From positions 21,928 through 85,927 of the forward strand of contig CACHAQ010000005.1 of assembly GCA_902577905.1 (NCBI GenBank): a stretch of 64,000 nucleotides of DNA, read 5' to 3'. Under the pieces are notes generated by a model. It saw only the letters and a program-made list of their open reading frames with translations. It was not told where the DNA came from and did not search any database. The DNA comes from an uncultured Alphaproteobacteria bacterium (lineage in GTDB: Bacteria; Pseudomonadota; Alphaproteobacteria; HIMB59; GCA-002718135). The position numbers were made by a program, and so were the translations under genes. Below, in pieces: positions 55,047-64,000 of the stretch (within the stretch, counting starts at the first letter, position 1; every line of letters begins with the position of its first letter).

Positions 55047-56336
55047 ATGAATATATTAATTTTAGGTATGCCAAATGTAGGCAAAACATCATTGTATAAT
55101 TTAATTACAAATAAAAATAATAATATAATTCATGACACAATTGGCACAACAAGAGATTGGCATGTATCACCTCTTAAATCAAATCGTAATATTGATGTAT
55201 ATGATACACCTGGAATAATTAATCAAAAAAATCTGGTAACAAAGAGTGTTAGTAACATAATTAGGAAAATAGATATTTTCGTTTATGTTATAGACTATAA
55301 ACATGATAATTACTTTACAGATAAAGATTTAATAAATGAATTAAGAAAATTTAATAAGGAAATATTAGTTATTATTAATAAGGATGATAATTTCAAACAA
55401 GATAAAAAAATTGAAAAGCTTGGTATTAAGAATATTTTTTTTATCTCATGTTCACATAATATAGGTATTGATGGCTTTTTAAATTATTTATCAAAATATG
55501 ATGCTAAAGATAATAAGTTAGTAAATTATGATTTTTCTTTAGGGTTATTTGGTAAAACAAATGTAGGCAAAAGTACGCTCTTAAACAAATTAGTTGGATT
55601 TGAGAGGTCAATTGTTAGTAATCAACCGAAAACTACAACTGATATTGTTTCTTCCTCATATATTTTTAAAGGTAATACCTATTCAATAAAAGACACTGCA
55701 GGTTTAATAAAAAAAAATAAAATTGATAAAAATAGTCTTGATTTTTATGTCACAAAAAAAACTTTATCAATTATCAATGAAATTAATTTAAATATTTTTC
55801 TAATTGATATTGAGCAGGGCTTTGATACTCAATCTAAAAAAATATTTAATTTAATATATAAAAAATCTAATATTTTATTATTTATAATTAATAAAACTGA
55901 TTTAGTTAAAAAAAATAAAAAGAAGATAATTGATGAATTAATTAAAGATATTAATTATGAATTTTCTCAATCAAAAAATATAATTATTATACCAATTTCA
56001 ACACTAAATAAAAAAGATATTTTATTTTTAAAAAATAAGATTCGTGAACTTATTTTAGAATTAAATAAAAATATATCAACTTCACAAATTAATAAGTGGT
56101 TAAACCATGTTGTTGAAAATAATTCTCATCCAAGAATAAATGGAAAAGAGGTTAAATTTAAATATGGTACTCAGGTTTCAAAAAATCCTTTAACAATAAA
56201 AATCTTTTCAAACTTTTCTAAAGAAATTTCTAATTCATATAAAAGATATTTGCTTAATAATTTTTATAATTTCTTTAAAATTAAAAGTAGAAATTTAAAA
56301 ATTTCATTTTCTAAATCTAAGAACCCTTATGATTAG
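55047..56336 (+). CDS. der: Ribosome-assembly GTPase Der (EngA), double G-domain
   Basis: G-domain 1: GMPNVGKTS, DTPG, NKDD. G-domain 2: GKTNVGKSTLLN, DTAG, NKTD. C-terminal KH-like domain. 429 aa. Confidence 0.9.
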   Translation: MNILILGMPNVGKTSLYNLITNKNNNIIHDTIGTTRDWHVSPLKSNRNIDVYDTPGIINQKNLVTKSVSNIIRKIDIFVYVIDYKHDNYFTDKDLINELRKFNKEILVIINKDDNFKQDKKIEKLGIKNIFFISCSHNIGIDGFLNYLSKYDAKDNKLVNYDFSLGLFGKTNVGKSTLLNKLVGFERSIVSNQPKTTTDIVSSSYIFKGNTYSIKDTAGLIKKNKIDKNSLDFYVTKKTLSIINEINLNIFLIDIEQGFDTQSKKIFNLIYKKSNILLFIINKTDLVKKNKKKIIDELIKDINYEFSQSKNIIIIPISTLNKKDILFLKNKIRELILELNKNISTSQINKWLNHVVENNSHPRINGKEVKFKYGTQVSKNPLTIKIFSNFSKEISNSYKRYLLNNFYNFFKIKSRNLKISFSKSKNPYD

Positions 56337-56339
56337 TAA

Positions 56340-56885
56340 TTATTGATCTGTACTCGTATAACTCTCAATAATATTATTATTATATTCAGAAATTTTCATA
56401 AGAATATTTGAATTTTCTACAAAAAATAAATGAAAATTTTTCAATATTTCAACATCATTATTATCAGTTAAATACAATACACTACTATAAATTATATATG
56501 AAAATAGAATTCCATATAAGATTCCAAAAAATTTATCAAATATCACTCCTAAAATTTGTTTATCTAAGTCACTATTTAAAAATTTTCTTATTCTTTTTAA
56601 TATAAATAAACTAATTAAGAAAATTATTGGTATTGAAATGATTATACTTATAACGCTTACAAACTGTTCAAATCTTTGTAAAAAATTAATATTTAAGAAT
56701 TGTTCATTTAAAAAATCTGAAAGATATTGATAACTATATATGGTTACAAACACAGAACCAACCCATGTTAATAACCCTAATATAGAATTAATAAATCCTT
56801 TCCAGAAACTAAAAATAACAATTAATGCAGTTAAAATTAATACTACATAATCGAAAAATACTAATTCAAAGTTTAAAAAAGTCAT
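56340..56885 (-). CDS. cvpA: CvpA-family membrane protein
   Basis: 181 aa with four hydrophobic segments and an N-terminal DYVVLILTALIVIFSFWKGFINSILGLL typical of CvpA. Confidence 0.65.
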   Translation of the reverse strand: MTFLNFELVFFDYVVLILTALIVIFSFWKGFINSILGLLTWVGSVFVTIYSYQYLSDFLNEQFLNINFLQRFEQFVSVISIIISIPIIFLISLFILKRIRKFLNSDLDKQILGVIFDKFFGILYGILFSYIIYSSVLYLTDNNDVEILKNFHLFFVENSNILMKISEYNNNIIESYTSTDQ

Positions 56886-59233
56886 TTTTGATATTTCAAT
56901 ATTGATGGTAAAGTAATTAGTACTCCTATCATAGCAAATATCATTGCTAAACTAGTAAATAGACCAAAATAAATTGTAGGAACAAAGTTTGATAAACAAA
57001 GAGTAAGGAAACCTGCAGTTATTGCAATAGATGTAATCAAAACTGCATTACCTACAGTTAAATGTGTTTTTTCAATCATTTCACTATGATTTTTACTTAA
57101 CTTTAGATTTTCCTTGTAACGATAAATATAATGTATTGTATTATCAACGGCTATACCAATTGATATTGCTGCAATTGTTATTGTCATTATATCAAGTGGT
57201 ATTTTAAGCAATCCAATTAAACCAAGAATAAAAGTTGAAGCAAAAATATTTGGAATTATTCCAATTATGCTTAATTTTAAAGATCTAAATAATATTATAA
57301 ACATTATAAAAATAGCTAAAATTACAAAACCTAATGATTTTATTTGTGAGCTAAATAAAGATTTTAACATGTTATTATATAATACTAATAGACCGTTAAC
57401 TTTAAATTCTTCCAAGTTATCAAATTCATTCAATAAAAAAGAATTGATGTCATTAATAAGATCATTTCTTTTAATATCTTTCGAATCTTTCACTCTTGTA
57501 GAAATTTTTATCATATTTTTTTCAACATTTAGATAAGGATCAATTAAATCAGTTTTATAATCAATAGGTATTTCATTATATAAAACTGATAATTCAAACA
57601 TTGATAAATCACTTTTGTTTATTTGATTTGCAGTATCTATAAGTGAATAAATTGAAGTTACTTTTCCAATTTCTATTCTACTTTCTAAATATTGATGAAC
57701 AGATTTGATTGTTCCAATTTTTTCATTTGTGAACCAGATATTATTTTCTTCTTCAAACAGATCATCTGAGAAAAAATCATCTTCAATTTCTAAATCATCT
57801 TCTTCTTCAGCTTTTATTGATGTATCAATAATTTGATCATCATTTTTGAATTTAAGAATAATGTCTAATGGTGTAGTTCCACCTAATTCATTATCTATAA
57901 GATACATTCCTTTATAAATTTCTGTATTTTTTTTAAAATATTTTATAAATGAGTTTTCAACATTCAGATTGTTAATTCCATATAGAGATATGAAAAATAT
58001 TAAAATGTTTAATCCAATAATATATTTACTATTCTTATATGCAAATGGATAAAAAGATTTTAAAAAACTCAAATTTAGAGAATAGCTTTTTTCCTTCTTT
58101 GAAAAGAAAGAAATAATTAGAGGTAAGGTTACAAATGATGAAATTAAAACTATTAATAATGCTATTATCATTATAATTCCAAAATCAATTACAGGTTTAA
58201 TATCTGATATTACTAACGACACAAAAGCAACAATTGTAGTTAGAAAGGTATAAAAACAAGGCCAAAACATCATTTTAAAATTTTCAATAATTTTTATATC
58301 CCTTTGTAAATAATTATTCATTATATGAACATTCATAGAAATAGATAAAACAAACATTAAGGATAAGAAATTTGCTGAAACTGCTGTAATTTCAAAATTA
58401 ATAAAACCAGCTAAACCTATTGACAAATAAACTGCACTAATTGATGTAAATAAAATAGCAAATACCCATTTGACTCTTCTAAAAATTAAGAAAAGAATTA
58501 AAACTATAATTAAAAGAACAATTAAACTGAAAGTAAAAATGTCATTCTTTACATAAGAAATAACATCGCTAGATATCATTTCTACTCCACCTAAATAATA
58601 TGTAAAATATTGATTGCTATTAATAATAATGTTTCTTATTTTTTCAATTAATTCATTTCTCTCCTTATCTATTTCTGTTTTTATTTTGTAATATTTACCC
58701 TGAGTTAAGTGTAAATTTTTATTATTTTTAAGATCAATTGCCTTACTATTTTCATTAAGAAATATTACTATAGAAGTTATATTTTTACTTTCATTAATGA
58801 TTTGATCACTATAAATTGGACTTTTTGAGAATTCATTTAATATATCTTCAAATGGCAAACTTGAATTCAATATTGTTTCATAATTATTATTTGCTAAATC
58901 AATAAGACTAGTATTATTTAAAAGTAGGATAGGGGCTTTATTAATAGTAAAAACAGAATAAACTTCAGGTAAATCAGATAATTTTTCACTTATTTTTTTA
59001 ATTTCTTCTATTAGAACTCTATCAATTTTAGAATTACTTTTGATTGCTATTACTAAGCTATTTTTTGTTGGAAACAAATCTTGGTAATATGAGAAATACT
59101 TATAATCTTCATCATTTTGTGATACTAAACTATCTGAAGATGCATCAACTCTGAAATCTCTTATATAAAAACTAGAAAATATTAATGATGCAATAAAAAA
59201 AATTAATAAAATGATTTGTAATTTTTTACTCAT
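56882..59233 (-). CDS. RND-superfamily exporter (COG1033/MMPL-like, two 6-TM sterol-sensing-like bundles)
   Basis: 783 aa with an N-terminal TM then FRVDASSDSLV, and two hydrophobic blocks each preceded by a soluble loop. Confidence 0.75.
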   Translation of the reverse strand: MSKKLQIILLIFFIASLIFSSFYIRDFRVDASSDSLVSQNDEDYKYFSYYQDLFPTKNSLVIAIKSNSKIDRVLIEEIKKISEKLSDLPEVYSVFTINKAPILLLNNTSLIDLANNNYETILNSSLPFEDILNEFSKSPIYSDQIINESKNITSIVIFLNENSKAIDLKNNKNLHLTQGKYYKIKTEIDKERNELIEKIRNIIINSNQYFTYYLGGVEMISSDVISYVKNDIFTFSLIVLLIIVLILFLIFRRVKWVFAILFTSISAVYLSIGLAGFINFEITAVSANFLSLMFVLSISMNVHIMNNYLQRDIKIIENFKMMFWPCFYTFLTTIVAFVSLVISDIKPVIDFGIIMIIALLIVLISSFVTLPLIISFFSKKEKSYSLNLSFLKSFYPFAYKNSKYIIGLNILIFFISLYGINNLNVENSFIKYFKKNTEIYKGMYLIDNELGGTTPLDIILKFKNDDQIIDTSIKAEEEDDLEIEDDFFSDDLFEEENNIWFTNEKIGTIKSVHQYLESRIEIGKVTSIYSLIDTANQINKSDLSMFELSVLYNEIPIDYKTDLIDPYLNVEKNMIKISTRVKDSKDIKRNDLINDINSFLLNEFDNLEEFKVNGLLVLYNNMLKSLFSSQIKSLGFVILAIFIMFIILFRSLKLSIIGIIPNIFASTFILGLIGLLKIPLDIMTITIAAISIGIAVDNTIHYIYRYKENLKLSKNHSEMIEKTHLTVGNAVLITSIAITAGFLTLCLSNFVPTIYFGLFTSLAMIFAMIGVLITLPSILKYQK

Positions 59234-60281
59234 ATTTTCTATAAACTCTTTTACCTATTGAGGTCATAATTTCATTAGGTATAGTCTTGCATATTTTTGC
59301 AAATTTATCTATTTTATGTTCGTCATTTATAATATCCAAATACATTCCTATATTCAAATCATGACTAGATTTAGAAATATCTACAGTAAATGTATCCATT
59401 GAAATTCTACCAATTATCTTGAATCTATTTTTTTTAAAATAAACATATCCTTTATTGCTTAATGATCTAGGTATGCCATCCTCATATCCAAGACCAACAA
59501 TGGCAACTTTAATTTTTGTTTTTGTTTTATATGTTCTATTGTAACCAACATATTGGTTTTTTTTAATATATTTAATTTGTATAATTTTTCCTTTTAAACT
59601 AACTACATTTTTAATTCTTTCACCTAATTTTTTATTTTCAAAACCTCCATAAATAGCAATTCCTGGCCTAATCATGTCATATAAATATGATTTATTTAAA
59701 ACAGCGCCATGAGAATTAGCTAAACTAAAAATTATTTTATTATTATTAAATTTATTTTTTAATCTAGTAAAAATTTTCTTTTGTTTTAAGTTATAATCAT
59801 TATTATATTCATCAGCACTAGATAAGTGACTTATAATTAATTGTATATTTTTATTTTTAAAATCTATTTCTTTTGTTTTCTCTATTGGAATTCCCAATCT
59901 ATTTATTCCTGTATCGACATGAATAGCAAATTTTAATCCAGAATTTTTGATTCTAATATATTCTTCTATACTATTAATAACTGGAATAAGCTTTGAATTA
60001 AAAAATCTTTTTAAATTGTAGTCTTGTAATCCATTTAAAATAAAAATATTTATTAATTTATCTTTATTTTTTAATTTTAAACCTTCATCTAATGTAGCAA
60101 CAAAAAAATGTTTACAGCTATTCTTTAAAAATAGATTAAATACTTTTTTATCTCCTAAACCGTATGCATTTGCTTTAATTGTTGGGGCAACAATTAAGTT
60201 TTTCTTTAATTTTTTGAAAAAATTATAATTATAAATTAAGTTGTTTGTGTTTATATTTAAGATACCACTTTCTTTAATCAC
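59226..60281 (-). CDS. alr: Alanine racemase
   Basis: 351 aa with PLP-lysine motif APTIKANAYGLG, a C-terminal beta domain with the VGYNRTY Tyr, and the conserved dnaB-alr adjacency. Confidence 0.85.
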   Translation of the reverse strand: MIKESGILNINTNNLIYNYNFFKKLKKNLIVAPTIKANAYGLGDKKVFNLFLKNSCKHFFVATLDEGLKLKNKDKLINIFILNGLQDYNLKRFFNSKLIPVINSIEEYIRIKNSGLKFAIHVDTGINRLGIPIEKTKEIDFKNKNIQLIISHLSSADEYNNDYNLKQKKIFTRLKNKFNNNKIIFSLANSHGAVLNKSYLYDMIRPGIAIYGGFENKKLGERIKNVVSLKGKIIQIKYIKKNQYVGYNRTYKTKTKIKVAIVGLGYEDGIPRSLSNKGYVYFKKNRFKIIGRISMDTFTVDISKSSHDLNIGMYLDIINDEHKIDKFAKICKTIPNEIMTSIGKRVYRKYE

Positions 60282-61780
60282 TCGATAATATTATCATAAT
60301 CTTTTGAAGTTAAGTCACTGAATTTTGTATAATTTGCATCAAAGTGCATTTTTATTGATCCAATTGGTCCATGTCTTTGTTTTGCTATAATTATTTCTGC
60401 TTTATTATAATTTTCATTAGTCAGCTGTTGCCATCTTGATACTCTTTCATTGTATTTCATATCATCTTCTTCAGATTTTCTAATTGGTTCTAATCTTTCT
60501 AAATAATAACTCTCTCTATATATGAACATTACAACATCAGAGTCTTGTTCAATTGTTCCACTTTCCCTTAAATCTGATAATTGAGGTCTTTTATCTTCTC
60601 TCTGTTCCACTTGTCTTGATAATTGAGATAAAGCAACCACAGGAATATTTAATTCTTTTGCAATTGATTTTAATCCCCTGGTTATTTCTGATATTTCTTG
60701 AACTCTTCCATCATTTCTATTGTTAGATGATGCTGACATTAGTTGTAGATAATCTATAATAATTAAATTTATATCATGTAGACGCTTAAGTCTTCTTGCC
60801 CTTGATCGCAAAGTTGGAATTGTTAGTACTGGGTTGTCATCAATTATTAAGTTTAAGTTTTCTAACTCAGATGAGGTTTTAGCAATTTTATTAAAATCTT
60901 GTTTGTTAAGCTCAGCTTTACGCATTTTATCTCCAGAAATTTTTGTTTGTTCTGCTAAGATTCTGGTTGCCAATTGTTCTGATGACATTTCAAGAGAAAA
61001 AAAAGCAACTTTACCTCCATCTACAATTTTTTTATTTTGAAATTCATCTTTTTCTTCTAGATATTTAATTGCGCAATTAAATGCTATGTTAGTTCCTAAG
61101 GCTGTTTTTCCCATTGAAGGTCTGCCTGCAATTATTATTAAATCGGATTTATGTAGACCGCCTAATTTATTATCTAAATCTTTAAAGCCAGTTGGTACTC
61201 CAGCAATTTTACCATCTCTTTTATAAGCTTCACTTATAATATCAACGGCACCTTGAAGAGCATTTCCAAAATTTATAAATGATCTATCTGAATTTCCTGT
61301 TTGAGATAAATTATAGAGATCATTTTCAGCATTCTCTATCAAATTTTCAACAACATTATTATTATTAGAATTAGTTTCTTGTATTATATTATGAGCAATA
61401 CCAACTAAATTTCTTTTAACATATAAGTCATATATTATTTTAGCATAGTTAAAAGTATTTTGTGTAGATGGTGCACTATCTTTGATTTGATTTAAATAAT
61501 TTACCTTATTTAAATTATTCTTATCCTCCGGAAGATAATTTTTTAGAGTAATTGGTGAAACTAAAATATTTTTATCTAATAAATTTTTTATTGTGGTAAA
61601 TATTATTTTATTTGTTTCATCTACAAAATGATTTTCATTTAGAAAATCAGATACTTTTTCATAGTTTCTATTATCCCAAAGAATACAACCTATTAAGGCT
61701 AATTCTGCTTCAGTATTTGAAAATAAATCATCATTATTTACTATACTCTGGTTTGAATCTACTAACTCAAATGACATCAA
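60278..61780 (-). CDS. dnaB: Replicative DNA helicase DnaB
   Basis: 500 aa with an N-terminal domain (AELALIGCIL), Walker A GRPSMGKTA, Walker B IIIDYLQL, and an SQLSR arginine-finger region. Confidence 0.95.
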   Translation of the reverse strand: MMSFELVDSNQSIVNNDDLFSNTEAELALIGCILWDNRNYEKVSDFLNENHFVDETNKIIFTTIKNLLDKNILVSPITLKNYLPEDKNNLNKVNYLNQIKDSAPSTQNTFNYAKIIYDLYVKRNLVGIAHNIIQETNSNNNNVVENLIENAENDLYNLSQTGNSDRSFINFGNALQGAVDIISEAYKRDGKIAGVPTGFKDLDNKLGGLHKSDLIIIAGRPSMGKTALGTNIAFNCAIKYLEEKDEFQNKKIVDGGKVAFFSLEMSSEQLATRILAEQTKISGDKMRKAELNKQDFNKIAKTSSELENLNLIIDDNPVLTIPTLRSRARRLKRLHDINLIIIDYLQLMSASSNNRNDGRVQEISEITRGLKSIAKELNIPVVALSQLSRQVEQREDKRPQLSDLRESGTIEQDSDVVMFIYRESYYLERLEPIRKSEEDDMKYNERVSRWQQLTNENYNKAEIIIAKQRHGPIGSIKMHFDANYTKFSDLTSKDYDNIIE

Positions 61781-61860
61781 TATTGAATAAACTATCTAAA
61801 AAAGATCAACAAGAACAACAGATAAAATTTAGTTAATAAGATATTAATAATGTGAATAAA

Positions 61861-62304
61861 CTAATTTTTATTTACTATTACTGGAAATTCTTCGTTAATA
61901 CCTTCATATGGATTAATTTCTATTATATGTTCACCAATTGATTTAATCTGATTTCTTATTATTACATCATCGGATTTGACTTTCAATTTATTATCTAAAA
62001 GAAAATCTATTATTTCTTTTTTAGAAATAGATCCATATAATTGGTCTTTTTCATCTGCTTCTTTCTTAAATATAATTTTTAATTTCTTTATTTCTTCCAT
62101 CAACTTTACAGCATCATTAAATTTAATCTCTTCATTTTTTTTCATATCATCTTTAATTTTTTCATAATATTCAGCATTTTTTTTATTCTCTCTTAGAGCC
62201 ATATTATTAGGAAATAAATAATTTCTGGCGTAACCAGGTTTTACTGACACTTTGTCTCCAATTTTTCCTAATTTTTTAATGTTTGTCGTTAAAATTACTT
62301 TCAT
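61861..62304 (-). CDS. rplI: 50S ribosomal protein L9
   Basis: [32 protein letters not shown]. 147 aa. Confidence 0.9.
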   Translation of the reverse strand: MKVILTTNIKKLGKIGDKVSVKPGYARNYLFPNNMALRENKKNAEYYEKIKDDMKKNEEIKFNDAVKLMEEIKKLKIIFKKEADEKDQLYGSISKKEIIDFLLDNKLKVKSDDVIIRNQIKSIGEHIIEINPYEGINEEFPVIVNKN

Positions 62305-62576
62305 GATTGAATATTTTTATTTGTATAAGAAATTAATGATAAGAATCGAGCTCTTTTAATAGCTCTAGCTAATTCTTTTTGTTTCTTTCTAGAAACACCT
62401 GTAATCCTACTAGGTATAATTTTACCTTTTTCAGTTAAATATCTATTTAGCAGTCTAATGTCTTTATAGTCTATTTCTGGTGACCCAGGTTGACTAAAAG
62501 GACAAAATTTCCTTTTTAATTCAAAAGGTGAATTAGACCTCTCGTCTTTTTTTTTGTTAAATTTATTTTTTCTCAT
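62301..62576 (-). CDS. rpsR: 30S ribosomal protein S18
   Basis: [45 protein letters not shown]. 91 aa. Confidence 0.9.
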   Translation of the reverse strand: MRKNKFNKKKDERSNSPFELKRKFCPFSQPGSPEIDYKDIRLLNRYLTEKGKIIPSRITGVSRKKQKELARAIKRARFLSLISYTNKNIQS

Positions 62577-62889
62577 TATTTAACTTTGTTGGAAGATTTT
62601 GGTGATTTTTAACCTTTATAAAAATATACCTAATTATATTTTCAGATTGATTCAACTCATTGTTGATTTCTTTAACTATAGAACTTGATGTTTCTATCTG
62701 AAAAAATCTGTAAAAAGCCTTTTTAAATTTGTTAATACTGTAACTTAAATCCCTAAGACCCCAATTTTCTTCATTTATTATCTTAGCAGAGTGAACTTCA
62801 AGTTTAGATTTAAACATATCAATTTCATCATTAAGCTTATTTGTTGCTAATTCAGGATTTAAAACAATTACAACTTCAAATTTATTCAT
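62563..62889 (-). CDS. rpsF: 30S ribosomal protein S6
   Basis: 108 aa with [28 protein letters not shown]. First gene of the rpsF-rpsR-rplI cluster. Confidence 0.9.
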   Translation of the reverse strand: MNKFEVVIVLNPELATNKLNDEIDMFKSKLEVHSAKIINEENWGLRDLSYSINKFKKAFYRFFQIETSSSIVKEINNELNQSENIIRYIFIKVKNHQNLPTKLNNEKK

Positions 62890-62974
62890 AAAACTCCGTG
62901 GTTAATCTTATATTTTTAAATATAAGAGAAGTTGATGTTGCATATATTAAAATTTTAAAATAAATCAAGTACTA

Positions 62975-63883
62975 ATGACGTCTATAGTTTTTCCCGGCCA
63001 AGGTAGCCAATCAGCAGGTATGGTAAAGGATTTTTACGATAATTTTAAAATAGCCAAATTAATTTTTGAAGAGATTGAAGATTATACTAAAATTGATTTA
63101 AGAAACATTATATTTGATAACGTTGATAACAAATTGGATTTAACACAATTCACGCAAATTGCAATCTTTGCTGCTTCTTATACTATTTTTAAAGTTTTTT
63201 GTTCTGAGAAAAATATAGATAGTGTTAACATTAATATAATGTTGGGTCATTCACTTGGAGAATATACTGCATTAGCCTGCAGTAATAGAATTAGTTTAAA
63301 AGATTGCAGCTTGATACTAAAAAAAAGAGGAGATTTAATGAATAAAGCAGTTACTCCTAATGATACTGGAATGGCAGCTTTAATTGGCTTAGAATCAAAT
63401 TCAATTCAAAATATAATAGATAATTATAATTTAAATTTAGAGATTGCTAACGATAACTCACTTATTCAAATTGTTATTTCAGGTAATATTGATGAAATAA
63501 AAAAAAGTGAAAAAATATTTTTAAATAATGGTGTTAAAAAATTTGTAATTTTAAATGTATCTGCAGCATTTCATAGTAAATATATGATAAAAGCTCAGAA
63601 AGAACTATCAAACGATATTGAAAATCTAATTTTTAAAGATAGCAAAATAAAAATAATTTCTAATTATGACGCAAATGTTCATAGTGAAAACAAAAATATT
63701 AAAATAAATTTACAAAATCAAATGGCCAACAGAGTTAATTGGACACAAAGTATAAAAAAACTTGAAGATTTAGGTGAAAACAAAATTATTGAAATGGGCC
63801 CAAATAAGATTTTAAGTGGATTAATAAAGAGAATCTCTAATAATTTTGATATTATTTCAATAAATAATATTTCAGATATTTAA
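62975..63883 (+). CDS. fabD: Malonyl-CoA:ACP transacylase
   Basis: FPGQGSQ start, nucleophile elbow GHSLGEY, AFHS. 302 aa. Confidence 0.92.
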   Translation: MTSIVFPGQGSQSAGMVKDFYDNFKIAKLIFEEIEDYTKIDLRNIIFDNVDNKLDLTQFTQIAIFAASYTIFKVFCSEKNIDSVNINIMLGHSLGEYTALACSNRISLKDCSLILKKRGDLMNKAVTPNDTGMAALIGLESNSIQNIIDNYNLNLEIANDNSLIQIVISGNIDEIKKSEKIFLNNGVKKFVILNVSAAFHSKYMIKAQKELSNDIENLIFKDSKIKIISNYDANVHSENKNIKINLQNQMANRVNWTQSIKKLEDLGENKIIEMGPNKILSGLIKRISNNFDIISINNISDI

Positions 63884-63887
63884 TAAA

Positions 63888-64000
63888 ATGACTATAAATA
63901 AAAAAATTTTTATAACTGGAGCTTCTGGCGGGATTGGTGCAGCTATTTGTGAAAAATTTGTTGATGAAAATTTTATACTTGTTTTATCATCTTCTTCTGA
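63888..64000 (+). CDS. fabG: 3-oxoacyl-ACP reductase, N-terminal fragment (continues beyond the window)
   Basis: Hand translation MTINKKIFITGASGGIGAAICEKF (TGxxxGIG SDR motif), directly after fabD as in the fab cluster. Confidence 0.8.
   Translation, partial: MTINKKIFITGASGGIGAAICEKFVDENFILVLSSSS

Noticed and set aside
1-64000. CRISPR arrays, IS elements or transposases, integrases, prophage or toxin-antitoxin/defence-like clusters, rRNA operons
   Set aside because: I scanned ORF products and spacers. There are no repeat-spacer arrays, no DDE, serine or tyrosine recombinase-like proteins and no phage structural genes. The only multi-copy short motifs are those reported above.

Overview
Strongly AT-rich, very gene-dense chromosomal segment. 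It holds about 70 protein genes and one tRNA. Spacers are mostly under 60 nt, many genes overlap by 1-23 nt at their starts or stops, and GTG/TTG starts appear where genes abut. Gene content and style fit a streamlined free-living marine alphaproteobacterium (SAR11/Pelagibacterales-like), but that taxonomic call is inference only. I saw no rRNA, CRISPR array, transposase, integrase or phage genes.

Most of the window (about 20-64 kb) is ordinary housekeeping:
- Genes called: tsaC, glmU, class II DAHP synthase, nadE, gltX, cimA-like, rpsD, grxD-bolA, purB, map, tRNA-Leu(UAA), nadK, moaA, dksA, recA, alaS, icd, a LOG-family gene, an RND pump pair, rlmE, guaA, a NitT/TauT-type ABC system, yfgM-bamB-der, cvpA, a COG1033 exporter, alr, dnaB, rplI-rpsR-rpsF and fabD-fabG.

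The first 20 kb is a nutrient-scavenging region:
- A Dpp/Yej-type ABC importer is co-oriented with, and tightly packed against, a small unknown ORF, an SDR and a GMC oxidoreductase.
- A RamB/PrpR-type XRE regulator sits next to an unannotated divergent 59-aa ORF.
- A carnitine-type module follows: BKACE, a 3-hydroxyacyl-CoA/L-carnitine dehydrogenase-like enzyme, an enone reductase, and a divergent 4HBT thioesterase.
- An orphan PhnZ/TmpB-like HD-domain protein comes next.
- The region ends with a polyamine block: aguA-aguB-potFGHI, puuA, puuB.

Best candidates for something new:
1. The regulator, small ORF, BKACE module and HD-oxygenase neighbourhood (about 6-11.7 kb).
2. An essential alaS broken by a +1 frameshift in an A9 run.
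3. An RND pump with an inserted pair of extra hydrophobic helices.
4. An orphan ParA-like ATPase.

I see no defence-system-like or mobile novel cluster. All function calls rest on motif and family recognition by eye, not on searches.
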